Sequence record: MF327003
Length of the DNA: 64,000 nucleotides
Reading direction: 5' to 3' (one strand)
From: Shigella phage Sf14
The notes under the pieces were generated by a model. It did no database searches. It saw nothing but the letters and a program-made list of their open reading frames with translations, and was not told the origin of the DNA. Shown one piece after another: positions 26,031 through 39,728 of this stretch; position 1 is the first letter of the stretch, and every line of letters begins with the position of its first letter. The translations under genes and the position numbers were made by a program.

Positions 26031-26480
26031 ATGTGTTATACAGGCGACCCCGCTAATAACCCTCTTGATAGAGTTCGAATCCTCTGCACCGACACTGACA
26101 ACAATGAAATCCTCATTGACCAATCGGTGCTAGAGTGGTTCTACCAAGAATCTGGAAAGGATGAAAAGAAAGCAGCCATCAAAGCTCTTAAATATTTACT
26201 CTTTCAAGTAGCCAAGATGGGAGATGAGAAAGTTGGTGGTGTTTATTTACGAAACTCTTCCAGATTCAAATCTCTGAAAGCTGTCTATGACGACCTAGTT
26301 AAAAGCTCTGTTAGTGGCCTCCCTTATGCGGGGGGTATTAACCAGTGTGATATTGATATGCGTCGTCAAAATCCTTGCTCTGTCAAGAAATATACTGAAT
26401 ATGGCGATGCTGTTAGATACTACGGTAGAGATTACTGTGAACGTGTCAATGGTGTATTTATTATCGAGCGAGATGAATAA
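26031..26480 (+). CDS. hypothetical head-tail joining protein
   Basis: AGGAGG SD; position. Confidence 0.4.
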   Translation: MCYTGDPANNPLDRVRILCTDTDNNEILIDQSVLEWFYQESGKDEKKAAIKALKYLLFQVAKMGDEKVGGVYLRNSSRFKSLKAVYDDLVKSSVSGLPYAGGINQCDIDMRRQNPCSVKKYTEYGDAVRYYGRDYCERVNGVFIIERDE

Positions 26481-26962
26481 TGGTTAAAAGGGTTATTCAC
26501 CCCGCTAGAGCTAAATTAGTCGGGGCTATGAAGAACTTGCATACGGCTAATGCTCAAGTTGGGTATTTTCAGGAACAAGGTCAACATAGCTCTGGTTTTT
26601 CTTACTCTGCTTTAATGTACTTGCATGAAGTTATTGGTGTACCAGCAGCTTCAGGTAAAGTATATCGTAGGTTGTTTGAAATTACTATGATGTTACACAG
26701 ACAGACCTTGTTAGAGCAGACTAAGAAGAATCTCTATAAGCAATTAAACAGTCTTAATACTGACCCCTCAGATACTTTAGAAGCATTTGCAAAGAGTGCT
26801 CAGAAAGCAATTAAAAGAGGTTTTGGTAATACGGCTATATTGCCTCCTAACGCTCCATCTACAGTTAAAAAGAAAGGCTTCAATGCCCCTCTTGTGGAAA
26901 CTGGAGATTTACGAGATAGCCTTGCTTATAAAATCTCTACTAAGAAAGGTATTAAAAAATGA
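26480..26962 (+). CDS. hypothetical virion protein (160 aa)
   Basis: ORF track, overlapping stop-start. Confidence 0.4.
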   Translation: MVKRVIHPARAKLVGAMKNLHTANAQVGYFQEQGQHSSGFSYSALMYLHEVIGVPAASGKVYRRLFEITMMLHRQTLLEQTKKNLYKQLNSLNTDPSDTLEAFAKSAQKAIKRGFGNTAILPPNAPSTVKKKGFNAPLVETGDLRDSLAYKISTKKGIKK

Positions 26963-27360
26963 GACTCTTAAATAGACACAGCTTTGTAGTTAAAAGAAAG
27001 GTATCTGAAGATGGTCATTACAATGAAGATGGTGATTGGGTAGCTTCACAGGATGTTGTATCAATTAACTGCAAAGGTAATATTCAACCTTATATTAAGG
27101 GTTCTGTAAAGAATGGTACACAGATTGTTTTACCTGAAGGTATCAGACTAACAGATACAAGAATCCTTTTCACTGTAGCTGAGTTAAGAACGTCTGATGA
27201 TGTTGATTGGACTGAAGCTGATATTGTCATGATTAAGGGACACGAATACGAAGTCTTTATGACAATGGATTGGTCTGAACAATTAGCTCACACATCCCAT
27301 TATGAGTATATCATTATTAGAAGGGATAAGATGAATGCAGTTAGAAACAGCAGAACTTGA
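26959..27360 (+). CDS. hypothetical virion protein (133 aa)
   Basis: ORF track. Confidence 0.4.
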   Translation: MRLLNRHSFVVKRKVSEDGHYNEDGDWVASQDVVSINCKGNIQPYIKGSVKNGTQIVLPEGIRLTDTRILFTVAELRTSDDVDWTEADIVMIKGHEYEVFMTMDWSEQLAHTSHYEYIIIRRDKMNAVRNSRT

Positions 27361-27934
27361 GAAAGGTATTGTCCGAGTTTTGGTTGATGTTATTGGTCAC
27401 CGTCTAGCGAGAGACAAGAATAACAGACCAAATGTTATCAGGGCTTACCCTTCAGATAATTCCAATGATAAAGGTCTGAAACCAGACCAACCTTTTATTA
27501 CAGTATACTGTCAAGATGCTACCACACCTTATGGTTGGGTTCTTGATAAGTTCGTGGAAGATGATGCAGTTTGTTACAGAATTGCTTTCCAGATTCCTGT
27601 ACTGATTACTGTAAATGGTAAAGGTGCTCACAGTATTATGCTTGAGCTAAAACAAAGATTAGAGATGAGTACTACAAGAGATTATCTAGCTGACATGACA
27701 GGTGCTTCAGTACTTGATACAGGGGCTATCCCGAATGATTATACTTATCTCAACACAGATTTTGAAAATTCTGCACCTCTTGTTGTAACCCTTGTAAAAA
27801 ATTCAGTATTAAAAGATGAACGTGGAAGTATTATTGAACGTGTCATTGTGGATGGTGAATTGGTTTACGAGGAAGGACAGGAGCCACCAGAATATACTAT
27901 CCATCTAGATGTAGACTCCAAAGGGGTAAAATAA
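27335..27934 (+). CDS. hypothetical virion protein (199 aa)
   Basis: ORF track. Confidence 0.4.
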   Translation: MQLETAELEKGIVRVLVDVIGHRLARDKNNRPNVIRAYPSDNSNDKGLKPDQPFITVYCQDATTPYGWVLDKFVEDDAVCYRIAFQIPVLITVNGKGAHSIMLELKQRLEMSTTRDYLADMTGASVLDTGAIPNDYTYLNTDFENSAPLVVTLVKNSVLKDERGSIIERVIVDGELVYEEGQEPPEYTIHLDVDSKGVK

Positions 27935-29287
27935 ATGTGGAATCCAATTGTTAATGTAGATATTACATTGAACACAGCAGGAACTACAAGAGAAGGTTTT
28001 GGTTTACCATTATTCCTTGCTTCAACAGATAACTTTGAAGAAAGAATCCGTGGTTACACTTCATTAACAGAAGTAGCCGAAGACTTTGATGAAAGTACTG
28101 CTGCGTATAAAGCTGCAAAACAGCTATGGAGCCAAACTCCAAAAGTAACTCAACTGTATATTGGTAGAAGAACTATGCAATATACTGTTTCTATTCCTGA
28201 TACAGTGGCTGAAGGAAGTGAATATTCATTGACAGTTGCTATCGGTGGTGGTGTTTCTCAGCCATTCCAATACACTGCAAAAGAAAATGACACAGCACTT
28301 ATTGTCTTGAATGAGTTTAAATCACAGATTGAAGCAAGCCCAACAATTAAAGATGGTGTTAATGCTAGTGTAACAGGTACTGGTGCTTCTGCGACGATGA
28401 TTATTACTAAAGCTGGTGATAATGACTTCGTAAAAGTAACGTCCATTACACCTACAACGTCTATTGCAGCAACAACTGCTGACACGGCTTCCGCTGCTCT
28501 GGCATCCATTGAAACATATTCAACAGATTGGTACTTCATCTCAGCAGAAGACAGAACTCAACAGTTTGTCTTGGCAATGGCTTCAGAGATTCAGGCGCGT
28601 AAGAAGATTTTCTTCACAGCTAATGCTGACGTTAAGGCTCTGCAAGGCACTGATTTGACCTCTGCAACAGATGTTCCGGCACAGTTAGCTAAGAGCAAGT
28701 ACACTCGTACAGTTTGCTTGTGGCATCACACAGCCGAGTTTGACTACCCAGAAATGGCTTACATCGCATATGGTGCCCCATATGATGCAGGCTCAATTGC
28801 TTGGGGTAACGCCCAATTAACTGGTGTTGCAGCATCTCTACAACCTGCTAACCAGAGACCACTGATAAGCATTCAGAAGTCAGCTTTAGACACTCGTAGC
28901 TGTAACTTCATTGACCTCGATGGTGGGGTTCCTGTAGTGCGCAGAGGTATCACTTCTGGTGGTGAATGGATTGATATTGTACGTGGTGTTGATTGGCTTG
29001 AATCTGATTTGAAAACATCTCTGAGAGACTTGCTAATTAATCAGAAGGGTGGTAAGATTACTTATGATGATACTGGTATTACCCGTATTCGTCAGGTCAT
29101 TGAAACATCTCTTCAGCGAGCAGTTAACAGAAAATTTTTGTCAACTTACACCGTTACTGTTCCTAAAGCCTCACAAGTTGCATTGGCAGATAAGAAAGCA
29201 CGTATCCTGAAAGACATTACCTTCCACGGTATTCTTGCAGGGGCTATCTTGGATGTTGACTTGAAAGGCACAGTGGCTTACGAATAA
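27935..29287 (+). CDS. tail sheath protein (candidate)
   Basis: 450 aa preceding a ~150-aa tube-sized gene, chaperone pair and tape measure; synteny only. Confidence 0.4.
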   Translation: MWNPIVNVDITLNTAGTTREGFGLPLFLASTDNFEERIRGYTSLTEVAEDFDESTAAYKAAKQLWSQTPKVTQLYIGRRTMQYTVSIPDTVAEGSEYSLTVAIGGGVSQPFQYTAKENDTALIVLNEFKSQIEASPTIKDGVNASVTGTGASATMIITKAGDNDFVKVTSITPTTSIAATTADTASAALASIETYSTDWYFISAEDRTQQFVLAMASEIQARKKIFFTANADVKALQGTDLTSATDVPAQLAKSKYTRTVCLWHHTAEFDYPEMAYIAYGAPYDAGSIAWGNAQLTGVAASLQPANQRPLISIQKSALDTRSCNFIDLDGGVPVVRRGITSGGEWIDIVRGVDWLESDLKTSLRDLLINQKGGKITYDDTGITRIRQVIETSLQRAVNRKFLSTYTVTVPKASQVALADKKARILKDITFHGILAGAILDVDLKGTVAYE

Positions 29288-29301
29288 AGGAGTAATTAGG
29301 A

Positions 29302-29748
29302 ATGGCTATGTATCAGCAATATTCCCCTAAAGATGTAGTTTGTAGCTGGAATGGCATTGCCATTGAAGGTTTTGCACCAGACTCATTCTTGCGTCTTCAG
29401 AGAACTTCTCCACTTGTTACGCCAGTTGTAGGTGCAGGTGGTCAAGTAGCTCTGACAAGAAATGCAGACAAGACAGGTACGATTGAGATTGAGCTAATGC
29501 AGACTTCTCTATCAAACCAGATGCTTTCTGCAATTCAAGCTAAACAAGATGACATGGAACTTGAAGAAGATATCTCATCTAACTTTGTAATTTACGACCC
29601 ATCTGGTTCAGTTCTGGCAACAGGTATTAATGCTTGGTTGCAAGAGCTTCCACAGATTGAATTAGGTCGTGACCAGAACTCGAAAACTTGGATTTTCGGT
29701 TGTGAGAAGTTAGACTACACTTCAACAATCCCTGCGTCAAGCGTTTAA
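29302..29748 (+). CDS. tail tube protein (candidate)
   Basis: 148 aa, followed by strong terminator; synteny. Confidence 0.4.
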   Translation: MAMYQQYSPKDVVCSWNGIAIEGFAPDSFLRLQRTSPLVTPVVGAGGQVALTRNADKTGTIEIELMQTSLSNQMLSAIQAKQDDMELEEDISSNFVIYDPSGSVLATGINAWLQELPQIELGRDQNSKTWIFGCEKLDYTSTIPASSV

Positions 29749-29761
29749 CAAATCCTAATAA

Positions 29762-29800
29762 GGGGGAGACTGTAAAAGGTCTTCCCCTTTTGTGTTTTTA
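29762..29800 (+). terminator. intrinsic terminator after tube gene
   Basis: GGGGGAGAC..GTCTTCCCCC stem + TTTTGTGTTTTT. Confidence 0.65.
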
Positions 29801-29824
29801 TAGCATAACTTTTAAGGAATCACA

Positions 29825-30226
29825 ATGAAGACTGAAACTAAAATGATTAACGGCAAGAAGGTAACTATTATTCTTCTTGGAGCAAGAGATGGTATCCGTA
29901 TCTCTATGAAACTTGGTAAAGCAGTTGTACCAGCATTTGCACAGATGTTCTCTGGTTTAACCTCTAAAGATGGGGAAGCTAAAATCCCATTTAAAGAACT
30001 CGTTGAAGCTTGCTTTGAAAAGGTTGACGAACTAGATATTGATGCAATGGCAGAGACACTATTTCAGGGGGCAACAGTTAACGACTTCCCACTGAAAATT
30101 GATAGTTACTTCCAAGCGAACTACGGTGAATTTATTGACTTCTTAGCTTTTGCTTTGGAGGCAAACTTCGGAAGTTTTTTCGAGGCAAGCATTTTCAAAA
30201 GCCTAACTTCTCAGCAGGAAGCTTAA
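29825..30226 (+). CDS. tail assembly chaperone (G-like)
   Basis: 133 aa immediately upstream of tape measure; contains slippery site near 3' end. Confidence 0.55.
   Translation: MKTETKMINGKKVTIILLGARDGIRISMKLGKAVVPAFAQMFSGLTSKDGEAKIPFKELVEACFEKVDELDIDAMAETLFQGATVNDFPLKIDSYFQANYGEFIDFLAFALEANFGSFFEASIFKSLTSQQEA
30175..30181 (+). promoter_or_regulatory. candidate -1 programmed frameshift site T_TTT_TTC
   Basis: canonical XXXYYYZ heptamer in chaperone frame; -1 frame open from 30181 into next ORF. Confidence 0.55.
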
Positions 30227-30234
30227 GTTATTCT

Positions 30235-30462
30235 ATGCAGACCCCGCTGACTGACGGGGCTGTAAAGGCAACTTATGATGAAGCAGATGAGATGAAATTT
30301 GTGCTTGCTATTTATGGTATGGATGGGTGTAAAGAAACACTCAACCAACTTTTTGATATGACCTTCGTTGATTTATTATCTCTACGTCAGTATTTAGAAA
30401 TCCAGAAGTCATATAAAGAAGAAATGGCTTACAACGAACTCAGAAAAGCAGGTAAAATTTAA
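30235..30462 (+). CDS. tail assembly chaperone frameshift extension (GT-like C-terminal part)
   Basis: 75-aa ORF in -1 frame relative to upstream chaperone. Confidence 0.5.
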   Translation: MQTPLTDGAVKATYDEADEMKFVLAIYGMDGCKETLNQLFDMTFVDLLSLRQYLEIQKSYKEEMAYNELRKAGKI

Positions 30463-32698
30463 TGGCACAATATACAGTTGATAGTTTTATTGTTGAACTT
30501 GGATTCAGTGAAAAGGTTATTAAGGGTTTGCAAAGAGTTGAGAAAATGGCTATGCAGTCTGCTCAACGTATCGAACGCAATATCAATAAAGCCTTTGATG
30601 TGAAGCCTAATAGAAGTTCACAAGACGCTCTAAACAGACTTGTAAAAAACGCTCAGACTGCTTCAGGCAGAATCAATAAATCCCTAAACAATGCTATGAA
30701 TTTAGATTCACAAGGTGTAAAATCACTTCGTAGATTAGAAACACAGGGTAAGAAAACAGCCAAAGAAATTAATAAGGCTCTAAGACAAGCTATGAATGTT
30801 GAAGGTAAAGTCAATGTTCGTGGTGGAGTTGGTAGAGGCCGTGGTAATACTATCCCTCCGGTTGGAGGTGGTGGTTCACCTAGAGTTAGACCTGATATTG
30901 CTCAAAGACAAATGGAAAGAATGTTTAATAACAACTTCTATTCTGGTTTGACTCGTCGTCTTGAAACAATTGGTGGACAAGGTAACCAAATGGCTACTTC
31001 CTTCAGAGGAAGCTTACAAGGAATCTATAATAAGTACAAAGGTAGTGGTAAAGTTGGTGAGTATGAGATGGAAGTTAAGAAACTCATTGACACTACCAAA
31101 CGTTGGGTTATTGCAGAAAATGCTAGACTTAAGGCAGTCAGAGAGTCAGCTTGGTTACAAGACAGAGCAAACTCTTCACTAAGACAGCTTGTAGGTGGTT
31201 TTGTTTCAGCGTATGCTATGCTGGAATTAGCTCAGAAGACTATTGATGCAGGTGTAAAGAGACAGTCTGCACAGTTAGCCTCAACAGCTATCTTTGGAGG
31301 GGATACACAGCAAGCGAGAATGTTCGCTGCTACGTTCTCTCACCAGATTGGTCAGAACTACACAGACACTATGAAGCAGTACTCAAACTTCGCTGCTGGT
31401 GCTCAACCAGAGTTAGGTTTTAAAGGGACTCAAGAGTTCTATAAGAATGCTGCTATGTTCTCACGTATTCGTGGTGCTTCTGATGAAGACTTGAAAGGTA
31501 TCATGGTTGCTTTCCAGCAAATGGCATCTAAAGGTAAGATTCAGGCTGAAGAACTTCGTGGACAGTTAGGTGACCGTTTGGCAGGTGCTGTTCAGTTATT
31601 TGCTGATGCTATTGGTAAAACTCCACAAGAACTTGACAAGATGATGAAAGATGGTCAGCTTCTTGCAAAAGACGTTCTACCAAAAGTCTCAGAAAAAATG
31701 AGAGAGCTTGTTGAAGCAGCAGGTGGTATGAATGCAGTTTCTAAGCAGACAGCTACCTCTATGGGTCAAGCAAAGGCAATGTGGGATAACACCCTTGTAG
31801 CTTTGTTTAACAACTCTAGCGAAGGTATCTCACAACTCTCTAACTCAGTTGCAATGTTCTTGCAAGGTTCCCTTGGTACATCTGAAGCACTTGGTACAGG
31901 TATTGGTTACCTTTTAAAAGGTGCTAGTAACCTTCTAGACTTCGTGACAGATATCATGTACCGCATTTCTTCATTATACTATACCTCAATGGGCTATTTC
32001 AAGGAATTAGATGCTAGTCAACAGAAACTAATCAAGGATTCTGCTGAGTTAGTTGCTACGTTCACCGCTATTGGTGTCTCAATTGCAGCTATTACAAAAG
32101 TCGCTAAAATCTTTGGTGGTACTGTAGCATTTGTCAAGAGTATCTTTGAAGAAGGTATCTTAGCTAAGATTGCACAGAAGTTTGGATTAACTACAGCAGC
32201 AGAAACAGCAGCTACAACGGCTGGTGTATCAGCAACCAGAATGGCTCTTGGTGTAGGTGGTTCTGCATTAATGTTATCTGGTTCAGTTGACAAGAATGCT
32301 GGAAAGAGATTTAACGAGGTTAACACACCTAATCCTTTCAATGAAGCTATCTCAGGAATCACTAATCCAAAACGTCCAATGTTCTTTGACCAGAATGGAC
32401 AACTTCAGTTTGCACAATATACCACAGACACTTCTGGAAATATTCAGAGAGTTGATAATGGTTTGTCAAATTGGGATATTATCATGAACAACCTGTCTGA
32501 GTCTCTAAATAACTTTGCAAACAAGTTTAACCAGACACCTATGATGATGACTCCTTCTGGACTACCATTGCAAACTAAGCAGACGCTTAACGTTTCCTTT
32601 AATCTGGATGGTAAGCAGATTGCTACTAAGATGGTGGATATCACTGATAAGAGTCAGGAAGATATTCTGTTAAACTCTAGCTACCCAGAGGATGAATA

Positions 32699-32699
<1 letters not shown>
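30462..32699 (+). CDS. tail tape measure protein
   Basis: 745 aa, helical, Gly-rich hydrophobic central segment, downstream of chaperone pair. Confidence 0.75.
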
Positions 32700-35460
<2,761 letters not shown>

Positions 35461-35461
<1 letters not shown>

Positions 35462-35877
35462 TGAAAACAGATTTTGCAATCAATCTTGGTGGTGACTACG
35501 TAGCTAAATTAGGAAATGATTCTGTATACGTTGCTCACGGAGATTTAAAAATTACGGGTAATCAGATTAGAATTATCCCAGAAGACGATAAAGCTACTCA
35601 GGTAGCTCAAAGATTACATATTAGGTGTCTTCTAAGGGCTGGAGAAGTATTCTTTAATACATCTGCTGGATTCCCTTATTTACAGCTTGCTAAGTTCAAG
35701 CAGAAGACCTCTATTTTTGATAATTATATGAAAGGTTACCTTGTTGAAACGAGAGATGTAACAAACATCTACAACTACTCTTCAACAATGGATAATGCAA
35801 TGAGAAAAGTGTCAGTCAGATTTAATGCAACGACAACTGCTGACGATGTTGAAATTAATACAGAGGTAAACATTTAA
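35461..35877 (+). CDS. baseplate wedge protein, gpW/gp25-like (candidate)
   Basis: 138 aa with [14 protein letters not shown] pattern typical of small baseplate wedge proteins. Confidence 0.45.
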
Positions 35878-37346
35878 TGGCTGGATTAACAACTACAGGT
35901 TTACAAACAAAAAGATATCAAGAAATCTTGGATGATGTTAAAGCAAGTCTGTATAGAGATATCTCACCAAACCTTGATGTTTCTGAAGATAGCGAACTTG
36001 GGTTATTCTTAGCTTCTGTTTGCCGAGGTCTTGCAGACGTTCATGAAATCTTGTCAGAAATCTATGATGGTGGTACTATTGACAAAGCTGAAGGATTCAG
36101 TTTAGATGATGTAACAGCTTTGAATGCTGTATACAGATATGTGGCACAAGCTACAAGAGGTCAAGCTGAGTTCACTGGTAACTCTGGTGCTCCTGTACCA
36201 GCAACTACAAGATTAAGAAGCACAGCAGGTAACATCTTTTACCCTGTGTCAACTTTCACGCTGACTCCATCTTACTGTGTAGAGGCAAACTTAGAAGTTA
36301 ACTCTTTACGAACAGATGCAAACTATGTTATTATCATTGATAACATTGAGTATTCATATCAGCCGACTAGCTCTGATACCATTACAACATTGCTACAGAA
36401 ACTTGCAGATGCTATTAATGGTGGTATTATTGCAAAGGCTGAAGTTACTAATGATGGCTCAGTTCTAAGAATCTATAAAGACACTGGAGATATCATTGCC
36501 AGAACTAACCCTATGGTTGTTACTGCAACGACATTCTTAACATTTACAAAGATTACTTCAATCAGTGACGTTGTAGCAGATGAAACTGGAGCTATCCAGA
36601 CTCTGGCAGGAACCTTGATTGAGATTGAAACAACTGTAGATGGTCTTGATAGTGTCTTCAACAGATATGATTTGACAACAGGTCGTGATGAGGAAACTGA
36701 CACAGAACTGAGACAACGTTACTTAGAATCTCTGGCTGTTACCGGTGTAGGTACTCTGGATGCTATTGTAGCTGCTGTAAAGAGAGTTCAAGGTGTGTCT
36801 GACGCTTCTGGTGTAGAAAATGATACTGAGACAACAAACTCTGATGGTCTTCCTCCGAAGTCTTTTAAGATTGTTGTAGTTGGTGGTCAGAATGATAATA
36901 TTGCACAGGCAATCTGGGACACGAAACCTGCTGGTATTCGCCCATATGGTGCAATCTTTGGGACTGCATATGACTTAGGCTCTCTCCCTCACGATGTTTA
37001 CTTTAGTAGACCAATGCCTAAATACGTTTTTGTCAAGGTCACTTACTCTCTTTACGATGAAGAAACTCTTAACATCCCTGAACAGGATATTCATGACAGA
37101 ATTGTTCAAGGTATCAATACCTATGGTAGAACGTTGAAAGTTGGTAACGATGTAATCCCTAACAGAATTTATGGGCATATCTATGATGTGATTCAAGGTA
37201 TTGAGATTAATGAGATTAAGGTTGCACTTTCAAACAACCAAGCAATTCCACCTGCTGATGAGCAGTACACCACTTCAAGAATTACTATTGATGGTGACCA
37301 GTACACTGTTTGGGAAAGCTCACAGTATACAATTACCAAGGAGTAA
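35877..37346 (+). CDS. baseplate J-like protein (candidate)
   Basis: 489 aa following W-like gene. Confidence 0.4.
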   Translation: MAGLTTTGLQTKRYQEILDDVKASLYRDISPNLDVSEDSELGLFLASVCRGLADVHEILSEIYDGGTIDKAEGFSLDDVTALNAVYRYVAQATRGQAEFTGNSGAPVPATTRLRSTAGNIFYPVSTFTLTPSYCVEANLEVNSLRTDANYVIIIDNIEYSYQPTSSDTITTLLQKLADAINGGIIAKAEVTNDGSVLRIYKDTGDIIARTNPMVVTATTFLTFTKITSISDVVADETGAIQTLAGTLIEIETTVDGLDSVFNRYDLTTGRDEETDTELRQRYLESLAVTGVGTLDAIVAAVKRVQGVSDASGVENDTETTNSDGLPPKSFKIVVVGGQNDNIAQAIWDTKPAGIRPYGAIFGTAYDLGSLPHDVYFSRPMPKYVFVKVTYSLYDEETLNIPEQDIHDRIVQGINTYGRTLKVGNDVIPNRIYGHIYDVIQGIEINEIKVALSNNQAIPPADEQYTTSRITIDGDQYTVWESSQYTITKE

Positions 37347-37348
37347 CA

Positions 37349-38206
37349 ATGTTTAAAAAGATTGAAAACTTTTATGAGAAAACATTGGACGAAAGAACTG
37401 TAACTCAATTCAAAGATAAGTTTATTTACACAAGTCTATTGAAATCTATCACAGATGAGTTACAATTATTAGAGGATATTAGTAATCAGTTATATACTGA
37501 AAGAAATATTCGTGTAGGTGTTGGCACACAACTTGATAACATCGGGGCTTTGATTAAAGTCCCTAGACCTATTGGTGCTGATGATGACATTTACAGAGCT
37601 ACCCTCTACATTCAAATTTTCTTAAGACGTTCTGACACCACACCAAGCTTCTTACAAAAAGCTGTTATGACCCTTTACAACGCATCATTCAGTCAGATTT
37701 TTGAGCACATTACGCCAATGACTGGTGGAATTGTTATCCGTGTAAACACTCGTAATGACGTGTTAGATACAGCATACACACTTTCTAAGATTGCTGCAAC
37801 AACTATTGGTTCAGCAGTTATCCTTAGAGATGTTACCTTAAATGGCACTGCTTGGACTCCTGTAGAGGTTGCTGATTCATCTCTGGCAATCACTGATGAG
37901 AACAATAACTGGTTTGTAACAAACACTAACAAGGGTCTTATTACGAACAACACAGGTGGCTCTCTAGAAGCAAATAAATTAGGTAGTTTTGCAGATGCAG
38001 GTGTAAGAGATGGTTATGTAAGAGTGGATAAAACTGGTGGAAGTACCAGTAAAGATTATTTAAAAGTCAGCAAAACAAACAATAGCAACGACTATTTCAT
38101 TGCTGGTAAAGAAACAGTAGCAGGTGGTGATTATGGGATTATGGCAGAAGTCGCCCAAATCGTCAAAGGCAGAAAAGATAAATCTCAACAAGAAGGAAGT
38201 TCATAA
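37349..38206 (+). CDS. baseplate/tail fiber-associated protein
   Basis: start trimmed to ATG 37349 with AAGGAG upstream. Confidence 0.45.
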   Translation: MFKKIENFYEKTLDERTVTQFKDKFIYTSLLKSITDELQLLEDISNQLYTERNIRVGVGTQLDNIGALIKVPRPIGADDDIYRATLYIQIFLRRSDTTPSFLQKAVMTLYNASFSQIFEHITPMTGGIVIRVNTRNDVLDTAYTLSKIAATTIGSAVILRDVTLNGTAWTPVEVADSSLAITDENNNWFVTNTNKGLITNNTGGSLEANKLGSFADAGVRDGYVRVDKTGGSTSKDYLKVSKTNNSNDYFIAGKETVAGGDYGIMAEVAQIVKGRKDKSQQEGSS

Positions 38207-38505
38207 TGTCTCTTTCATGGTCTACAGACACAGTTGATGCTGACGGTAACCAGCTTAAAGTTTTACCACCTCCAGAAATTCAAGCCACTGGCCTATTAAG
38301 GGGTGAACCTATGGGTCGTCAGTGGTTTAACTATATTATCAACTATTTGCTTAACAAAGTAAATGGTACGGTTGGAGAGGTTCGTTCATTTGCTACGGAG
38401 CAACCTGATTTAGTTTCCAATGGTTGGGAATTAATTGACACAGTAACAGGAACTGCACCCACTAGCACGACTAACCTTTACACATACGAATATAAAGGGA
38501 GCTAA
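38206..38505 (+). CDS. hypothetical tail protein (99 aa)
   Basis: ORF track. Confidence 0.4.
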   Translation: MSLSWSTDTVDADGNQLKVLPPPEIQATGLLRGEPMGRQWFNYIINYLLNKVNGTVGEVRSFATEQPDLVSNGWELIDTVTGTAPTSTTNLYTYEYKGS

Positions 38506-38507
38506 TA

Positions 38508-39683
38508 ATGCCAGTCGGTGAAATTCAAATTAGTGCATTGCCTCAAGCCTCATTGCCTATTGATTTAAGTGATATCTTTCACCTTAAGCAAGGTATCGAG
38601 GATAAACGATGCACACTTGAGCAATTACTTGCTCCACACGCATCTTTAAGAAATAACCCACACGGTGTTACAAAGGTTCACGTAGAACTCGGTAATGTTG
38701 TTAACGCACTCCAATTAGTGGCTGCTAATAACTTGTCAGACGTGGTTAGTGTTGAAGAGGCTAGGCAGAACCTTAATATTCTATCAAGTGATGAAGTTAA
38801 TGCCCTTATTCAGAATCACATTAATGACAAGAATAACCCTCACAACACTAACAAGATTCAAGTAGGTTTGTCTAATATTCAAAACTGGACATATTCAAAC
38901 TCTTACTCTGAGGATGCTGATAAGTATGCTACTGCAAAAGCTGTGAATGCTTTATACAGGGCTATCCAGAATAGCTATCCAATCGGTACTATTCATTTGT
39001 CAGTTAACCCTGCAAACCCATCTACATATTTACTTTGTGGTGGTACTTGGGAGTTAGTTTCTAAAGGAAGGTCTCTTGTCGGTTATGACACAGATACAAG
39101 ACCTGTAGAATCAGTATTTGGTTCTGCTACTGTAACACTTACACAAAATAACATTCCAAGTCACACACACTCTGTGTTGTTAACTGGTGGTGGACACTCC
39201 CACAATGCAACAGTAGTAATTTCTAGCTTTGACTATGGGACTAAGAGCACATCAAGTTTTGATTATGGCTCTAAGGCCACAAACGACTCTGGAAGCCACG
39301 CTCATAATGTTAATGGTTCTGTGAGTAGTGCTGGTAGTCACAGCCACAGGATTCCATTGAGGGGTTCTGACAGGGGTGGTGTGAACGCTATTACGGCAAC
39401 GGCTGATGCAGGTGTTGGTAATGCGTCATATACAGACTTTGATGGGGTTCACACACATACCTTCAACGTTAACTCTTCAGTTGGTGGTAACCACTCTCAC
39501 AGTGTGTATATCGGAGCACATGGACACAGTGTTGCAATTGGTTCACATGGACACTCAGGTACTGTGACAGTTCAATCTTCTGAGCACACTCACTCAGGTA
39601 CAACTGGTGCATTTGGTGCTGGACAAGCATTTAATATTGAGCAACCTTCTTATGTTGTATATGTTTGGAAGAGAACTGCGTAA
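38508..39683 (+). CDS. tail fiber protein with His-rich HxH repeat C-terminal domain
   Basis: repeated HSHN/HAHN/HSHR/HTHT/HGHS motifs in last 180 aa. Confidence 0.55.
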   Translation: MPVGEIQISALPQASLPIDLSDIFHLKQGIEDKRCTLEQLLAPHASLRNNPHGVTKVHVELGNVVNALQLVAANNLSDVVSVEEARQNLNILSSDEVNALIQNHINDKNNPHNTNKIQVGLSNIQNWTYSNSYSEDADKYATAKAVNALYRAIQNSYPIGTIHLSVNPANPSTYLLCGGTWELVSKGRSLVGYDTDTRPVESVFGSATVTLTQNNIPSHTHSVLLTGGGHSHNATVVISSFDYGTKSTSSFDYGSKATNDSGSHAHNVNGSVSSAGSHSHRIPLRGSDRGGVNAITATADAGVGNASYTDFDGVHTHTFNVNSSVGGNHSHSVYIGAHGHSVAIGSHGHSGTVTVQSSEHTHSGTTGAFGAGQAFNIEQPSYVVYVWKRTA

Positions 39684-39728
39684 TTATTTTATAAGGGGCT
39701 ACACAGCCCCTAGAAAGAGGATTTATAA

